From contig CAVSGI010000020.1 in assembly GCA_963727445.1 (NCBI GenBank), positions 256,001 to 320,000 on the forward strand: 64,000 bases of DNA, read 5' to 3'. The DNA is from an uncultured delta proteobacterium (GTDB lineage: Bacteria > Myxococcota_A > Polyangia > Polyangiales > B10-G4). The translations under genes were made by a program, and so were the position numbers. Position 1 is the stretch's first letter. Each line of letters opens with the position of its first letter. Positions 8,917 to 18,833 of this stretch are shown here, piece by piece. A model generated the notes under the pieces. That model was not told the DNA's origin, ran no database searches, and worked only from the letters and a program-made list of their open reading frames with translations.

Positions 8917-10122
8917 ATGAGGGGAGCACTGGGAGCTCTGGTCCTCGTCGTCGCGTGCGGGGGATCGTCAGCGGGGTCGCAAAGCGCTGCGCCGACCCAG
9001 CGGCAGGTGGCGCCTGCGCCTGCGCCACCATCCGCACGAGCGCCTCAGACAGAGGAAGCCGAAGCGGAGCCCGCCGCGCCCGAAGGGTGTCGCGAGGAGA
9101 TGCGGGCGCAGATCGCCGCGGATGGCGCGAGCCTGCGCGTGCGTTGCGCAGCGGTCGCAAACTACGAGGCGTGCGTGGACGCGGAGCTGAGCTGCCGCGG
9201 CTCGGATGCGCAGCCACCTCAGCGCAACGCGAGCGGCCGGTACTACTTCGTGGCGACCGATGAAGAGGGGCTCACAGCGAACGAGGGGCTCCGGGGCGCG
9301 TGGCTTTTCATGAGGACGAGGTCCCAGGACGAGAGCTTCTTCGGCGGAGAGCCGACGCCCGAGTGGGTGACGCAGCTCGTCGAGCGCGCTTCCGAAGGCC
9401 TCGACGACCTGAGCTACGAAGAGGAGGGGCGAGCCCGCGACGCGCGAGCGAGGGAGCTCTGTCGAGACGAGGCGCTCGTGCCCGAGGCGTTCCGTCGCGG
9501 TGCTCGCTTCGAAGTCCTCGGCAGCCGGGGCTGGCGCCGCGCGCGCGTCGGCGCGTGCAGGATCGTGTCGTCCGGTCACGATGCCTATCTGGCCCTTCGC
9601 CTGAACGGAGCGCCGCGCGGCGCCCTCGTCGTGCGCCTGCCTTCCGAGGCGGAGTCGGAGTCGGGCGAGGACCGCATGACACGTCCGGCACCGATGACCG
9701 AGCCCGAAGGGGAGGCGCTCGCACATGCCCGAGCGGAGATCGCCCGGCTCCGCCTCGCGCCCGACGCGGAGATCGAGGCGAGGCATCTGGGGCTCCTCGC
9801 GCTCACTGGCGAGCGCTCGCTCCTGTACCTGGGGCAACCGCTGCTCGAGGAGGGCTCCCACGACGAGTGCGTGACGGCCGGCGCCTGCGCGACCGCGCTC
9901 CTTCTCTACGATCCCGAGGGTGAGACGAGCGAGGCGCTCCTCGCCCCGGATACCGCGCAGGTCTCCGGCAACTGGTCGATCCTGGGGGTGGTTCGGATCG
10001 GCGACGAAGAAGGCGTGCTCCTTCGTTACGACGACCTCGGTCAGGAGGAGATCGCGATCATGACGGTCGGTACGGGCGGCCGCGTTCACGGCCAGACGCT
10101 CCACTACTTCATGGGCGGCTGA
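8917..10122 (+). CDS. Hypothetical lipoprotein
   Basis: MRGALGALVLVVA-C lipobox-like signal and Pro/Ala linker. Confidence 0.65.
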   Translation: MRGALGALVLVVACGGSSAGSQSAAPTQRQVAPAPAPPSARAPQTEEAEAEPAAPEGCREEMRAQIAADGASLRVRCAAVANYEACVDAELSCRGSDAQPPQRNASGRYYFVATDEEGLTANEGLRGAWLFMRTRSQDESFFGGEPTPEWVTQLVERASEGLDDLSYEEEGRARDARARELCRDEALVPEAFRRGARFEVLGSRGWRRARVGACRIVSSGHDAYLALRLNGAPRGALVVRLPSEAESESGEDRMTRPAPMTEPEGEALAHARAEIARLRLAPDAEIEARHLGLLALTGERSLLYLGQPLLEEGSHDECVTAGACATALLLYDPEGETSEALLAPDTAQVSGNWSILGVVRIGDEEGVLLRYDDLGQEEIAIMTVGTGGRVHGQTLHYFMGG

Positions 10123-10174
10123 GCCGTAGAGCGCATCCGGTCGTCAGTCCCGAGGCGATCCGTCCGTCGACCAC

Positions 10175-10281
10175 GTGTCCCCAGCGATCTGCGACCATCC
10201 ACAGGGTTCGCCCATGCAAATCACAGCAATTCGCAGACTTTCCACAGCTCCTCCACTTGCACGGGACAGGGGTTGTCGACA
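10175..10281 (+). promoter_or_regulatory. Cluster of DnaA-box-like 9-mers upstream of dnaB
   Basis: GTGTCCCCA 10175, CCATCCACA 10195, CTTTCCACA 10238 and TTGTCGACA 10273, each 1-2 mismatches from TT(A/T/G)TCCACA. Confidence 0.5.
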
Positions 10282-10302
10282 CGCTGGAATCCCTTTTCGG
10301 AG

Positions 10303-11718
10303 ATGTCAGTGGAAGACCTGAGCGGAGCTTTTGAACGGGCCGTGCCCGCCTCCCAGAGCAGTCCCGGTGGACGGCGCCCCCCGAGCTCCCTCGAGGCCGA
10401 GCGCGCCGTCATCGGCGGGATCCTCCTCGAGAACGACGCGCTGAACGTCGTCCTCGAGATCGTGAAGAAGGACGACTTCTACAGCGAGGCCAACGCCCAG
10501 ATCTTCGAGGCGATGACCGAGCTCTTCGGCGAGGGGACGCCGGTCGACACGGTCACGATCCGCGAGCGCCTGGTCGCGCGCGGCAAGCTCGCGGCGGTCG
10601 GCGGTGACGACTACATCCTGGAGCTCACCAACACGATCCCGACCGTCGCGAACATCGAGTCGCACGCGCGGATCGTCAAAGAGAAGGCGCTGGTTCGGCG
10701 GCTGATCACCGCGTGTCACGAGGTGGCGGCCAAGGGCTACGGCGACTACGGCGATCCGTCGCAGTTCCTCGACTCGGCCGAAAAGCAGATCTTCGACGTC
10801 GCACAGGAGAGCCTCCGCTCGCCCTACGAGCACATCAAGGACGTCGTCCTCCGCACCTTCACGGAGATCCACGAGGCGGCGGAGCGCGGCGAGAAGATCA
10901 CGGGCCTCCCGACGGGGTTCAACACGGTCGACGAGATGACCAGCGGCATGCACCCCGGCGACCTGATCATCATCGCCGGCCGTCCGGGCATGGGAAAGAC
11001 GGCTTTCGCCATCAACGTCGCGGTCAATGCCTGTATGCAGCGCAAAGCGGGCGTGGCCGTCTTCTCCCTCGAGATGCCGAAGGAGCAGCTCGTGCGACGT
11101 ATGCTCTGCTCCGAGGCGCGGGTGGACGGCACGCGCATGCGTGCCGGTCAGCTCTGGCGCGACGACTGGCCGAAGCTCGCGCGCGCCGCCGGCACCCTGT
11201 CGGAGCTGCCCCTGTGGATCGACGACACGCCGGGCCTGTCGATGACCGAGCTCCGGGCGAAGACGCGGCGCATCAAGAGCCAGGGTGACCTCGGCCTGGT
11301 GGTGGTCGACTACCTGCAGCTCATGCGCAGCGGCAGCCGCAACGACAGCCGCGAGCAGGAGATCAGCGAGATCAGCCGAAACCTGAAGATGCTCGCCAAG
11401 GAGCTGAGCCTTCCGGTGATCGCCCTGTCGCAGCTCAACCGTGGTGTCGAGACGCGCGGCGTGAAAGACAAGCGCCCGCAGCTCTCCGATCTGCGCGAGT
11501 CGGGCGCCATCGAGCAGGATGCGGACACGATCTGGTTCGTCTATCGCGACGAGGTCTACAACCGCGACAACCCCGACTCGAAGAACCGCGCCGAGATCAT
11601 CATCGGCAAGCAGCGCGCAGGCCCCACCGGCACCGCCCACGTCGCCTTCTTCAGCGAGTACACGCGCTTCGACAATCTTGCGCGGGAGGAGTACGGCGGC
11701 GGCGACTTCGGCGACTGA
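10303..11718 (+). CDS. dnaB: Replicative DNA helicase
   Basis: AGRPGMGKT, FSLEM, VDYLQL, LSQLNR, DLRESGAIEQDAD. No intein. Start is ATG 10303 or GTG 10309. Confidence 0.98.
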   Translation: MSVEDLSGAFERAVPASQSSPGGRRPPSSLEAERAVIGGILLENDALNVVLEIVKKDDFYSEANAQIFEAMTELFGEGTPVDTVTIRERLVARGKLAAVGGDDYILELTNTIPTVANIESHARIVKEKALVRRLITACHEVAAKGYGDYGDPSQFLDSAEKQIFDVAQESLRSPYEHIKDVVLRTFTEIHEAAERGEKITGLPTGFNTVDEMTSGMHPGDLIIIAGRPGMGKTAFAINVAVNACMQRKAGVAVFSLEMPKEQLVRRMLCSEARVDGTRMRAGQLWRDDWPKLARAAGTLSELPLWIDDTPGLSMTELRAKTRRIKSQGDLGLVVVDYLQLMRSGSRNDSREQEISEISRNLKMLAKELSLPVIALSQLNRGVETRGVKDKRPQLSDLRESGAIEQDADTIWFVYRDEVYNRDNPDSKNRAEIIIGKQRAGPTGTAHVAFFSEYTRFDNLAREEYGGGDFGD

Positions 11719-12210
11719 CGAGGGGCGGAGGCACGCCATCCGCCGGCTTACCTCCTCAGTCCCTCCCTGCGACGCACCTTCAGTGCGCCTCAGTCGGGCC
11801 TTTGCGGGGGCGCTCGGCGGCTGACGCACCTCCGCCCCTCGTCCCCAAGTCTGGAGGCACGCCATCCGCCGGCTTACCTCCTCAGTCCCTCCCTGCGACG
11901 CACCTTCAGTGCGCCTCAGTCGGGCCTTTGCGGGGGCGCTCGGCGGCTGACGCACCTCCGCCCCTCGTCCCCAAGTCTGGAGGCACGCCATCCGCCGGCT
12001 TGCCTCCTCAGTCCCTCCCTGCGACGCACCTTCAGTGCGCCTCAGTCGGGCCTTTGCGGGGGCGCTCGGCGGCTGACGCACCTCCGCCCCTCGTCCCAAG
12101 TCTGGAGGCACGCCATCCGCCGGCTTGCCTCCTCAGTCCCTCCCTGCGACGCACCTTCAGTGCGCCTCAGTCGGGCCTTTGCGGGGGCGCTCGGCGGCTG
12201 ACGCACCTCC
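11717..12210. repeat. Tandem array of four ~126-bp palindromic MITE/REP-like units
   Basis: Units start (GGAGGCACGCC) at 11727, 11853, 11979 and 12104 and are near-identical; the last is truncated. A 15-bp inverted repeat lies at 11717-11731 and 11829-11843. Confidence 0.95.
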
Positions 12211-12211
12211 T

Positions 12212-13840
12212 CTACAGGTGGAAGTTCACGCCGAGCTGCACGAGGTTGTAGTCGGCGGTGAAGGTGCCGGCGTTGGTGATCTCGCCCTCTTCCGGTGTCA
12301 GCGCTGAAACCTGCCGTAGGGCGGCTTCGGTGGTGCTCACCTGGATCGTCTGTTGGAAGACGTGCGCGTAGGCAAGGCTGAGATCGACAAGGCCGACACG
12401 GACGGTGAGCCCAGCGTGAATGCCGAAGCGCATCCCAGGGATGAAGTCCAAGCCGACGTACTGCTTGGCGTTGCGGTTGGAAAAGACCCCGGTCGAGTCG
12501 TAGGCGCTGGTCTCGAAACTGAACCCTAGCCGGAGCGAGGCCAGCCCTGGAATGGCGTTGAAGTCGCCGCCGAGTCGGAGCAGCCACTGATCGTTCCACT
12601 GATGCGGAAGGTTGATCTGAGTCGGAAGGTTGAGGTCCATGGTGGTGACACCGCCCCCGATGTCGACCTGGGAGAACGAACCCTGCGACCCCGCCGGCAG
12701 GGTCAGCGCGAGGTTGGTGACCGGCTGGTTGATCAGGTAGATGGCGTCGAGTTCGATGTCGAACCACTCATTCGACATCGCATCCTCGGTCCGTCCGCTG
12801 AGCCGTGAGATCTGGTCTGGGTCTTCCGGTCGCGGCGCGATGCGCTGGGCGTAGCGAAGGCCCAGGCGCACCTCCCACGGTTGGCCCGCGGATACTTGCG
12901 TGTTGGCGATCGGCGTGTTGAGGTTGGGGATCGGCCCGGGGACGTCGGGATCGGAGCCGGCCCCGTAGGTGCCCGTTTGGAGTGTCGTGTCGCCCGTGGC
13001 GTTGACGCTGTCGGAGATCTTGAAGCCGAGCATCACGTCGAGAGCGTCGATCGGGATGAACTGCGCGGAGAAGATACCGGCCGGGACGAAGAAATCGGAC
13101 GCGTGGAGCTTGGCTAAGACATCGGACGCCGGATCTTGCCCGGGCTGGCGAACCGTGATTGACGTGAAGTCGAACACTCCGATCCCCCACTGAAACGTCG
13201 CGCCGAAACGGAACCATGGCACTGGTCGATAGCCGATGCCGATGGAGGGGTAGAGGAGCAGCTGATTCTGTTCGAGAAGGATGTAGCGGCTCGGTGGAGG
13301 AAGGATGCCGGGCGGATTCGGACCGCCCATGGTCGTGTAGCGCGTCGAGTCCGTGGCCCATTGCGACGTTCCGGCTCCGTTCGGTGTCATGATCCCGATC
13401 CCGATGCCGAGCTCGGGCAGCACACGCCAGGTAGCTGCGATGTTGAGTGCGGGACCGAGAGGGCTCTGGTTGCACGCCTGGGGGTACGCCTGGTCGATAT
13501 AGGCCAGCCACGACGACGGATCAGAGGGTGTGGCATCGAAGATCGAGGGCCCGAGCCCTAGGGCGTGGTCGGTGTCGGCGTAGGTCCCAGCCCGTTGAAA
13601 GCAGTCATTTGCCGTGACCAGGCCGCCGGTCGCGTAGATCTGAAAGCCCGTGATGTCGGCGAGGTTGGCCGGGTTCAGGGTCAACGCCATCGGATCGTCC
13701 GCGCGCGTGTAGAACGCGCCGCCGCGACCGAGGCCGCGGGCGCCTCCTTCGCCGGGGAGCTCGAAGCCTCCGGCATAGGCGACGGTCGGCAGCGAGAGCG
13801 CGAGGGCGAGAGCCGCCAGGATCGTGCGGGCAGAAAGCAT
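12212..13840 (-). CDS. FadL/TodX (OmpP1) family outer-membrane hydrophobic-substrate transporter
   Basis: Signal peptide then GGFEL..GGARGLGRGGAF...DDP.A..LNPANL; amphipathic beta strands; C-terminal LGVNFHL; GGAGG RBS. Confidence 0.8.
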   Translation of the reverse strand: MLSARTILAALALALSLPTVAYAGGFELPGEGGARGLGRGGAFYTRADDPMALTLNPANLADITGFQIYATGGLVTANDCFQRAGTYADTDHALGLGPSIFDATPSDPSSWLAYIDQAYPQACNQSPLGPALNIAATWRVLPELGIGIGIMTPNGAGTSQWATDSTRYTTMGGPNPPGILPPPSRYILLEQNQLLLYPSIGIGYRPVPWFRFGATFQWGIGVFDFTSITVRQPGQDPASDVLAKLHASDFFVPAGIFSAQFIPIDALDVMLGFKISDSVNATGDTTLQTGTYGAGSDPDVPGPIPNLNTPIANTQVSAGQPWEVRLGLRYAQRIAPRPEDPDQISRLSGRTEDAMSNEWFDIELDAIYLINQPVTNLALTLPAGSQGSFSQVDIGGGVTTMDLNLPTQINLPHQWNDQWLLRLGGDFNAIPGLASLRLGFSFETSAYDSTGVFSNRNAKQYVGLDFIPGMRFGIHAGLTVRVGLVDLSLAYAHVFQQTIQVSTTEAALRQVSALTPEEGEITNAGTFTADYNLVQLGVNFHL

Positions 13841-14064
13841 CGGGTCCTCCCAAAAAGCGCCGCAACAATACCCAGACGCGCCTTTCTCGCCAGCCCTGTG
13901 AGGCGCTCTCCGCCGATCCCCTGGGAGCAGAGTGGATGCTCCGCCGGCCATTTCGCGGAGCAGAGAGCGTTCCGCGCTCCGCCAGGTGGGTCGTTTTTCC
14001 CCACAAAGCGCTGTTTAAGCGCTGGATCGGGCGTTGCACCTCCCGAGGGCGGAGGAAGTCAAGC

Positions 14065-14793
14065 ATGCCCCCGAATGCTGCCCGCAAGATGTCGGCCCGA
14101 CAGACCACCCAGCCGTTTTCCACGTCGTCTCCGGTCGCACCGGCGCCAAAGCGATCCTATCGCCCGCCGGCCCCTGGCCGCCGCGAGGCCACGAAACCCT
14201 TCCGCTCGGTTCCACCCGAGGTGCGGGAGAGCGACATCCGGCAGATCGCTCCGCGCGTGAGCTACCGGCCTCCTGCGGCGGTCGGGCCCGCCTCGAAGAA
14301 GCCGAGCGCGTCGAAGACGCCGAGCGCCCCGCCGAGGGCGAGCGTCTCGCTAGCGGCGTTCAAGTCCGAGGAACCCGAGGCGCCGCATCTCCGCGCCGTT
14401 TCGACGCTGGAGCCCTCGGCACCTGCGCCGGTCGAAGTCGTGCCCGAAGGACGCGACGACACGCCGAGTGGACCCCGCGCCGTCCAGATGCCTTCGCCGC
14501 CGCCCGTGCCCCGCGAAGCGGTGCTGGCCATGCCCACCACGCAGCTGCCCCTCGAAGAGATCGATTACGAGGAGGCGTACGCCTATGACGCCGACGCGAT
14601 GGAGGCGCGCCTCAGCCGCAAGTCCATCGTCCCCGAGGCGCTCAGCTCGGTGGCGTCAGACGTGCGCCAGAGCCTCACGCCGGCGGGTCGCGCGGAGGCG
14701 AAGAAGGAGCTTCGCGCCATGCGGCGCGTCTCGCTGAGCGGTCTCGCACAGCTCTTCCGCAAAGCGGCCGATCTCCTCGACGCCTACGCCTGA
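14065..14793 (+). CDS. Hypothetical Pro/Ser-rich, largely disordered protein
   Basis: GGAGG RBS before ATG 14065; GC-rich third positions; helical C-terminus. Confidence 0.55.
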   Translation: MPPNAARKMSARQTTQPFSTSSPVAPAPKRSYRPPAPGRREATKPFRSVPPEVRESDIRQIAPRVSYRPPAAVGPASKKPSASKTPSAPPRASVSLAAFKSEEPEAPHLRAVSTLEPSAPAPVEVVPEGRDDTPSGPRAVQMPSPPPVPREAVLAMPTTQLPLEEIDYEEAYAYDADAMEARLSRKSIVPEALSSVASDVRQSLTPAGRAEAKKELRAMRRVSLSGLAQLFRKAADLLDAYA

Positions 14794-14812
14794 GGGGTGT
14801 AGTTAGCCCGGT

Positions 14813-17062
14813 GTGAAGATCCACTGCATCGGCGGTGGCCCGGGTGGGCTCTACACCGCGATCCTCCTCAAAGAGCAGGATCGGCGTCGCGAGATCACGG
14901 TCTTCGAGCGTAACGCGCCCAACGATACCTTCGGCTGGGGCGTGGTGTTCTCGGACCGCACGCAGGACCACCTGCGAAATGCGGATGCGCCATCTCACGA
15001 GGCGATCACCCGCTGCTTCGCCACCTGGGACGACATCGACGTCCACTATCGGGGTGAGGTCTACCGATCGACGGGCCACGGCTTCTGCGGGTTGTCGCGC
15101 AAGAAGATGCTGCTCCTCCTCAAGGACCGGGCCGAAGAGCTCGGCGTCGACCTCCGTTACGAGACCGAGGTGAAGGACGTCGACGACTATCGCGATTGCG
15201 ATCTGCTCGTGGCCGCCGACGGGATCAACTCGCAGATCCGCGACAAGTACGCGGCGAATTTCGGCCCCGAGCTCGACTGGCGACCGAATCGCTTCGCCTG
15301 GCTCGGGACGCAGCAGCAGCTCGACGCCTTCACCTTCAGCTTCCGCGAGAACGAGCACGGGCTGTGGATGCTCCACGCCTACCAGTTCGAGCCCGAGACC
15401 AGCACCTTCATCGTCGAGACCGACGACGAGACCTTCGCGCGCTCGGGGCTCGACGTCGACAACGAGCCCCAGACCATCGCCTACTGCGAGAAGGTCTTCG
15501 CCGAGGAGCTCGGCGGCTATCCGCTTCTCGCCAACAAGACGCACTGGCGCCAGTTCGCGACCGTGCGAAACCGCTCCTGGCACCACGAGAACATGGTGCT
15601 CCTCGGCGACTCGGCCGCGACGGCACACTTCTCCATCGGCTCGGGCACCAAGCTGGCGATGGAAGGGTCCATCGCCCTCGCCGGTGCCTTCGCGAAGTAC
15701 GACGACGTGAGCGAAGCGCTCCGCGCTTACGAAGCGGAGCGCCGGCCCAACGTGGAGAGCCTCCAGCGCGCGGCCCAGTCGAGCCTCGAGTGGTTCGAGA
15801 GCGCGCGCCGCTACATGGGGATGGAGCCCAAGCGCTTCGTCTTCTCGCTGCTCACACGTTCGATGCGCATCACCCACGACAACCTGGCCCTGCGTGACCC
15901 GGCCTACGTGGAGGACGCCGATCGCTGGCTCAACGCGTCGCTCTCGATCGAAGGTGCCGACGATCCGAACAAGGATCCCGTCCCGCCGATGTTCACGCCC
16001 TTCAAACTGCGAAACCTGACGCTGAAGAACCGCGTCGTGGTCTCGCCGATGTGCCAGTACAGCGCCGTCGAAGGCATGCCCAACGAGTGGCACATGGTGC
16101 ACCTCGGCAGCCGGGCGCTCGGCGGTGCGGCGCTGGTCTTCACCGAGATGACCGACGTGAGCGCGGAGGGGCGCATCAGCCCCGGGTGCACCGGCATCTA
16201 CACCGACGCCCAGGCCGGACAGTGGGCGCGGATCGTCGACTTCGTGCACGCACGCAGCAGCGCGCTGATCGGGATGCAGCTCGGCCACGCGGGGCGAAAA
16301 GCGGCGACCAAGCGCATGTGGGAGGGGGACAACGAGCCCCTCGAGTCGGGCGCCTGGCCCATCATGGCGGCCTCGCCGATCCCGTGGGGGCCGAAGAGTC
16401 AGGTCCCGAAGGAGATGGACAGGGCGGACATGGTGCGCGTGCGGGACGAGCACGTGGCAGCCGCGAAGCGCGCCAAGAAGGCCGGCTTCGACGTCCTCGA
16501 GCTCCACATGGCCCACGGCTATCTGCTCTCGGGCTTCATCTCGCCTCTCTCCAATCAGCGCTCGGACGCGTACGGGGGCTCGCTCGAGAACCGCGCGCGC
16601 TATCCGCTCGAGGTGTTCGACGCCGTGCGCGAGGTCTGGCCCGACGCGCCGCTGTCGGTGCGCATCTCCGCCACCGACTGGGCCCCTGAAGGCTTCACCC
16701 CCGAGGACGCGGTGAGCCTCGCTCAGATGATGAAGGAGCACGGCGCCGATCTGATCGACGTCTCCGCGGGGCAGACCTCGACCCGGGCCAAGCCCGTCTA
16801 CGGGCGTCTCTTCCAGACGCCTTTCGCCGACCAGATCCGCAACGAGGTGGACATCGCCACCATGGCCGTCGGCAACATCAGCACCTACGACGACATCAAC
16901 ACGATCATCCTCGCCGGACGCGCGGACCTCGTGGCGCTCGCGCGCGCGCATCTGGCCGACCCCTACTTCACGATGCACGCGGCCCGCGAGCAGGGCTACG
17001 ACGCGCTCGAGTGGCCCGTGCAGTACCGCGCGGCGAAGCGGCTTCGGTTCCTCGTGAAGTAG
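14813..17062 (+). CDS. abmA: Bifunctional anthraniloyl-CoA monooxygenase/reductase (salicylyl-CoA 5-hydroxylase type)
   Basis: N-terminal FAD monooxygenase ([31 protein letters not shown]) fused to an Old Yellow Enzyme domain ([24 protein letters not shown]). Confidence 0.85.
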   Translation: MKIHCIGGGPGGLYTAILLKEQDRRREITVFERNAPNDTFGWGVVFSDRTQDHLRNADAPSHEAITRCFATWDDIDVHYRGEVYRSTGHGFCGLSRKKMLLLLKDRAEELGVDLRYETEVKDVDDYRDCDLLVAADGINSQIRDKYAANFGPELDWRPNRFAWLGTQQQLDAFTFSFRENEHGLWMLHAYQFEPETSTFIVETDDETFARSGLDVDNEPQTIAYCEKVFAEELGGYPLLANKTHWRQFATVRNRSWHHENMVLLGDSAATAHFSIGSGTKLAMEGSIALAGAFAKYDDVSEALRAYEAERRPNVESLQRAAQSSLEWFESARRYMGMEPKRFVFSLLTRSMRITHDNLALRDPAYVEDADRWLNASLSIEGADDPNKDPVPPMFTPFKLRNLTLKNRVVVSPMCQYSAVEGMPNEWHMVHLGSRALGGAALVFTEMTDVSAEGRISPGCTGIYTDAQAGQWARIVDFVHARSSALIGMQLGHAGRKAATKRMWEGDNEPLESGAWPIMAASPIPWGPKSQVPKEMDRADMVRVRDEHVAAAKRAKKAGFDVLELHMAHGYLLSGFISPLSNQRSDAYGGSLENRARYPLEVFDAVREVWPDAPLSVRISATDWAPEGFTPEDAVSLAQMMKEHGADLIDVSAGQTSTRAKPVYGRLFQTPFADQIRNEVDIATMAVGNISTYDDINTIILAGRADLVALARAHLADPYFTMHAAREQGYDALEWPVQYRAAKRLRFLVK

Positions 17063-17178
17063 CCCGCGAGGCGCAGGCAATCAGGGCGAGGGCCGCCGTG
17101 GTGCGGCGAGGTCACCCGAAGAAGCTGACATTTCTCTCGGAGCGGACGGACCGGGTCGTGGGGTAGCCTTCGACGTCC

Positions 17179-18804
17179 GTGGCGAAGAGCGTCCTCGATC
17201 TTGCGGATCGCGTGGTGGACCCGCGAAGGGCTTCCATCGGGTACGCCTGTGTCCTGATCGCCTTCGCCGCTTCCGCGAACTTCTTCGCCCACACGTTCTA
17301 CGAGACCTTGGATGCGCCGCCGCGCGCCCTCGCGGTTCTGAGGGACCAGGCGGATGCGGTCTCGCCGCCGCTCGAGACGCCCCTCTCTCCACTGGTCATC
17401 GTGCTCCTCGATGGGATGCGCGTGGACGAGTCCGAACGCTCGCCGCCGATCGAGGCCCTCCGCAGCCGAGGGAGCTTCGGACGCATCGAGCTCGGCGAGG
17501 TGCCGACGCTCTCGCGGCCCTTCTATCATGCCCTCCTCACCGGGGTGCCGCAGCGCGGCAGCGGCGTTCGGCGGAACAAGCCCGGCCAGCGTCAGGTGCT
17601 CGACGCCTTGTCGGATCGCGTGCGCGACGCCGGTGGGCAGGTCGCCTTCGTCGCCGAAGACCTCGACTGGATGAGCGTGCTCTTCGCCCACGAGGGCGAC
17701 ATCGATCACCACGGCCCCGACGCGCTCGGCGCGCCTCTCGATGACGTCCTCGCCCGAATCGCCGCCGGCGAGGGCCCGGCGCTGACCGTGGTGCACGTCC
17801 TCGGCGTCGACGAGACGGCCCACGATCACGGCATCGATTCGGATGCGCATCGTCGCGCGCTCCGGCGCGCTGACGAAGTCGTGACCCGCGTCAGCGAGGC
17901 GACCTTCGGCCGCGCGCTCGTCGCCGTGATGAGCGACCACGGACACATCGCCGCCGGGGGGCACGGAGGGGACGAGCCGGAGGTCCGCTTCGCGCCCTTC
18001 GTCTTCGTGGGCGACGGCGTCCCGAGCGGGCCCCTCGCGCGAACCTTGTCGCCCGCCGAGCTGGCGCCGACCTTCGCGAGCTACATCGGCGTCGCCCCGC
18101 CGCGGAGCTCGGTGGCCGACGCTGCGCCCGAGCTCGCCGGGCCGGCGGCAGTCGACCGCCCGCTCGCCCGGCGCCGCGCAACAATCCTCGAAGCCGCTAC
18201 CGACGCTGAGCGCGGCGCGCGCAGCGGCCGGCTCGGCTGGCTCCTGCCCCTCGTCTTCCTGCTCTCCGCGATGGGCCTCGGCGCGACCAAACGTTCGTTC
18301 ACGCGGCTCGACGCTGGCACGCTCCTCGCGCCCTTCCTCGTCGCCGCGAGCACCTACCTCGTCCATCGCTTCGTGCTCGAACGTCCTTTCACGCTTTCGG
18401 CGCTCGACCACGCCACGACGCAGGGCTACCGCGTCGCGCTCATCGCCTCGGTCTCCGCCGTCGTCGCGATCCCCCTCGCCGCGCTCGTCGCGCGCCGGCT
18501 CCGGAAGGAAGCCTTCGTCATGCACCTGCGCCGCGCGGCGGCGGGGGTCGGCTGGGCCTCGCTCACCTTCACCGCCTGGGCGCTGGCCCTCGCCGGTGGC
18601 GCTCTCGGCCCCTGGCCGCCCCGGGCTTTCGACGTCTACGCCCCGGTCTTCGCCTTCGCCGCGTGCGGCGGGGCGGCCCTCGTCGCCGCGATCTTCTTGT
18701 TGGGCGGGGCTGTTCGCCCCCCTCCTGCCCCGGGATCTCCTCCGCCTTCCGGCGATCGGAACGAGCCGGCGGTCTCCCCGGTCGATCCGCGGCCGGCGCT
18801 CTGA
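17179..18804 (+). CDS. Membrane-anchored alkaline-phosphatase-superfamily enzyme (GPI EtNP-transferase-like architecture)
   Basis: N-terminal [32 protein letters not shown]; several C-terminal TM helices. Confidence 0.75.
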   Translation: MAKSVLDLADRVVDPRRASIGYACVLIAFAASANFFAHTFYETLDAPPRALAVLRDQADAVSPPLETPLSPLVIVLLDGMRVDESERSPPIEALRSRGSFGRIELGEVPTLSRPFYHALLTGVPQRGSGVRRNKPGQRQVLDALSDRVRDAGGQVAFVAEDLDWMSVLFAHEGDIDHHGPDALGAPLDDVLARIAAGEGPALTVVHVLGVDETAHDHGIDSDAHRRALRRADEVVTRVSEATFGRALVAVMSDHGHIAAGGHGGDEPEVRFAPFVFVGDGVPSGPLARTLSPAELAPTFASYIGVAPPRSSVADAAPELAGPAAVDRPLARRRATILEAATDAERGARSGRLGWLLPLVFLLSAMGLGATKRSFTRLDAGTLLAPFLVAASTYLVHRFVLERPFTLSALDHATTQGYRVALIASVSAVVAIPLAALVARRLRKEAFVMHLRRAAAGVGWASLTFTAWALALAGGALGPWPPRAFDVYAPVFAFAACGGAALVAAIFLLGGAVRPPPAPGSPPPSGDRNEPAVSPVDPRPAL

Positions 18805-18833
18805 TACACCGTGGGCCCCACGAAGGAGCCCAC

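Noticed and set aside
10175..10281. Replication origin
   Set aside because: Only a few degenerate boxes, no AT-rich unwinding element and no dnaA/dnaN context.
11717..12210. Repeat array as a CRISPR array
   Set aside because: The units are identical end to end, with no unique spacers; no cas genes in the window.
10306..12307. ORFs made of 42-aa repeats across the array (e.g. 10306..12111 -, 11802..12251 +)
   Set aside because: They are by-products of a 126-bp period in GC-rich DNA, run antisense to dnaB or are broken by the 125-bp unit, and have no RBS.
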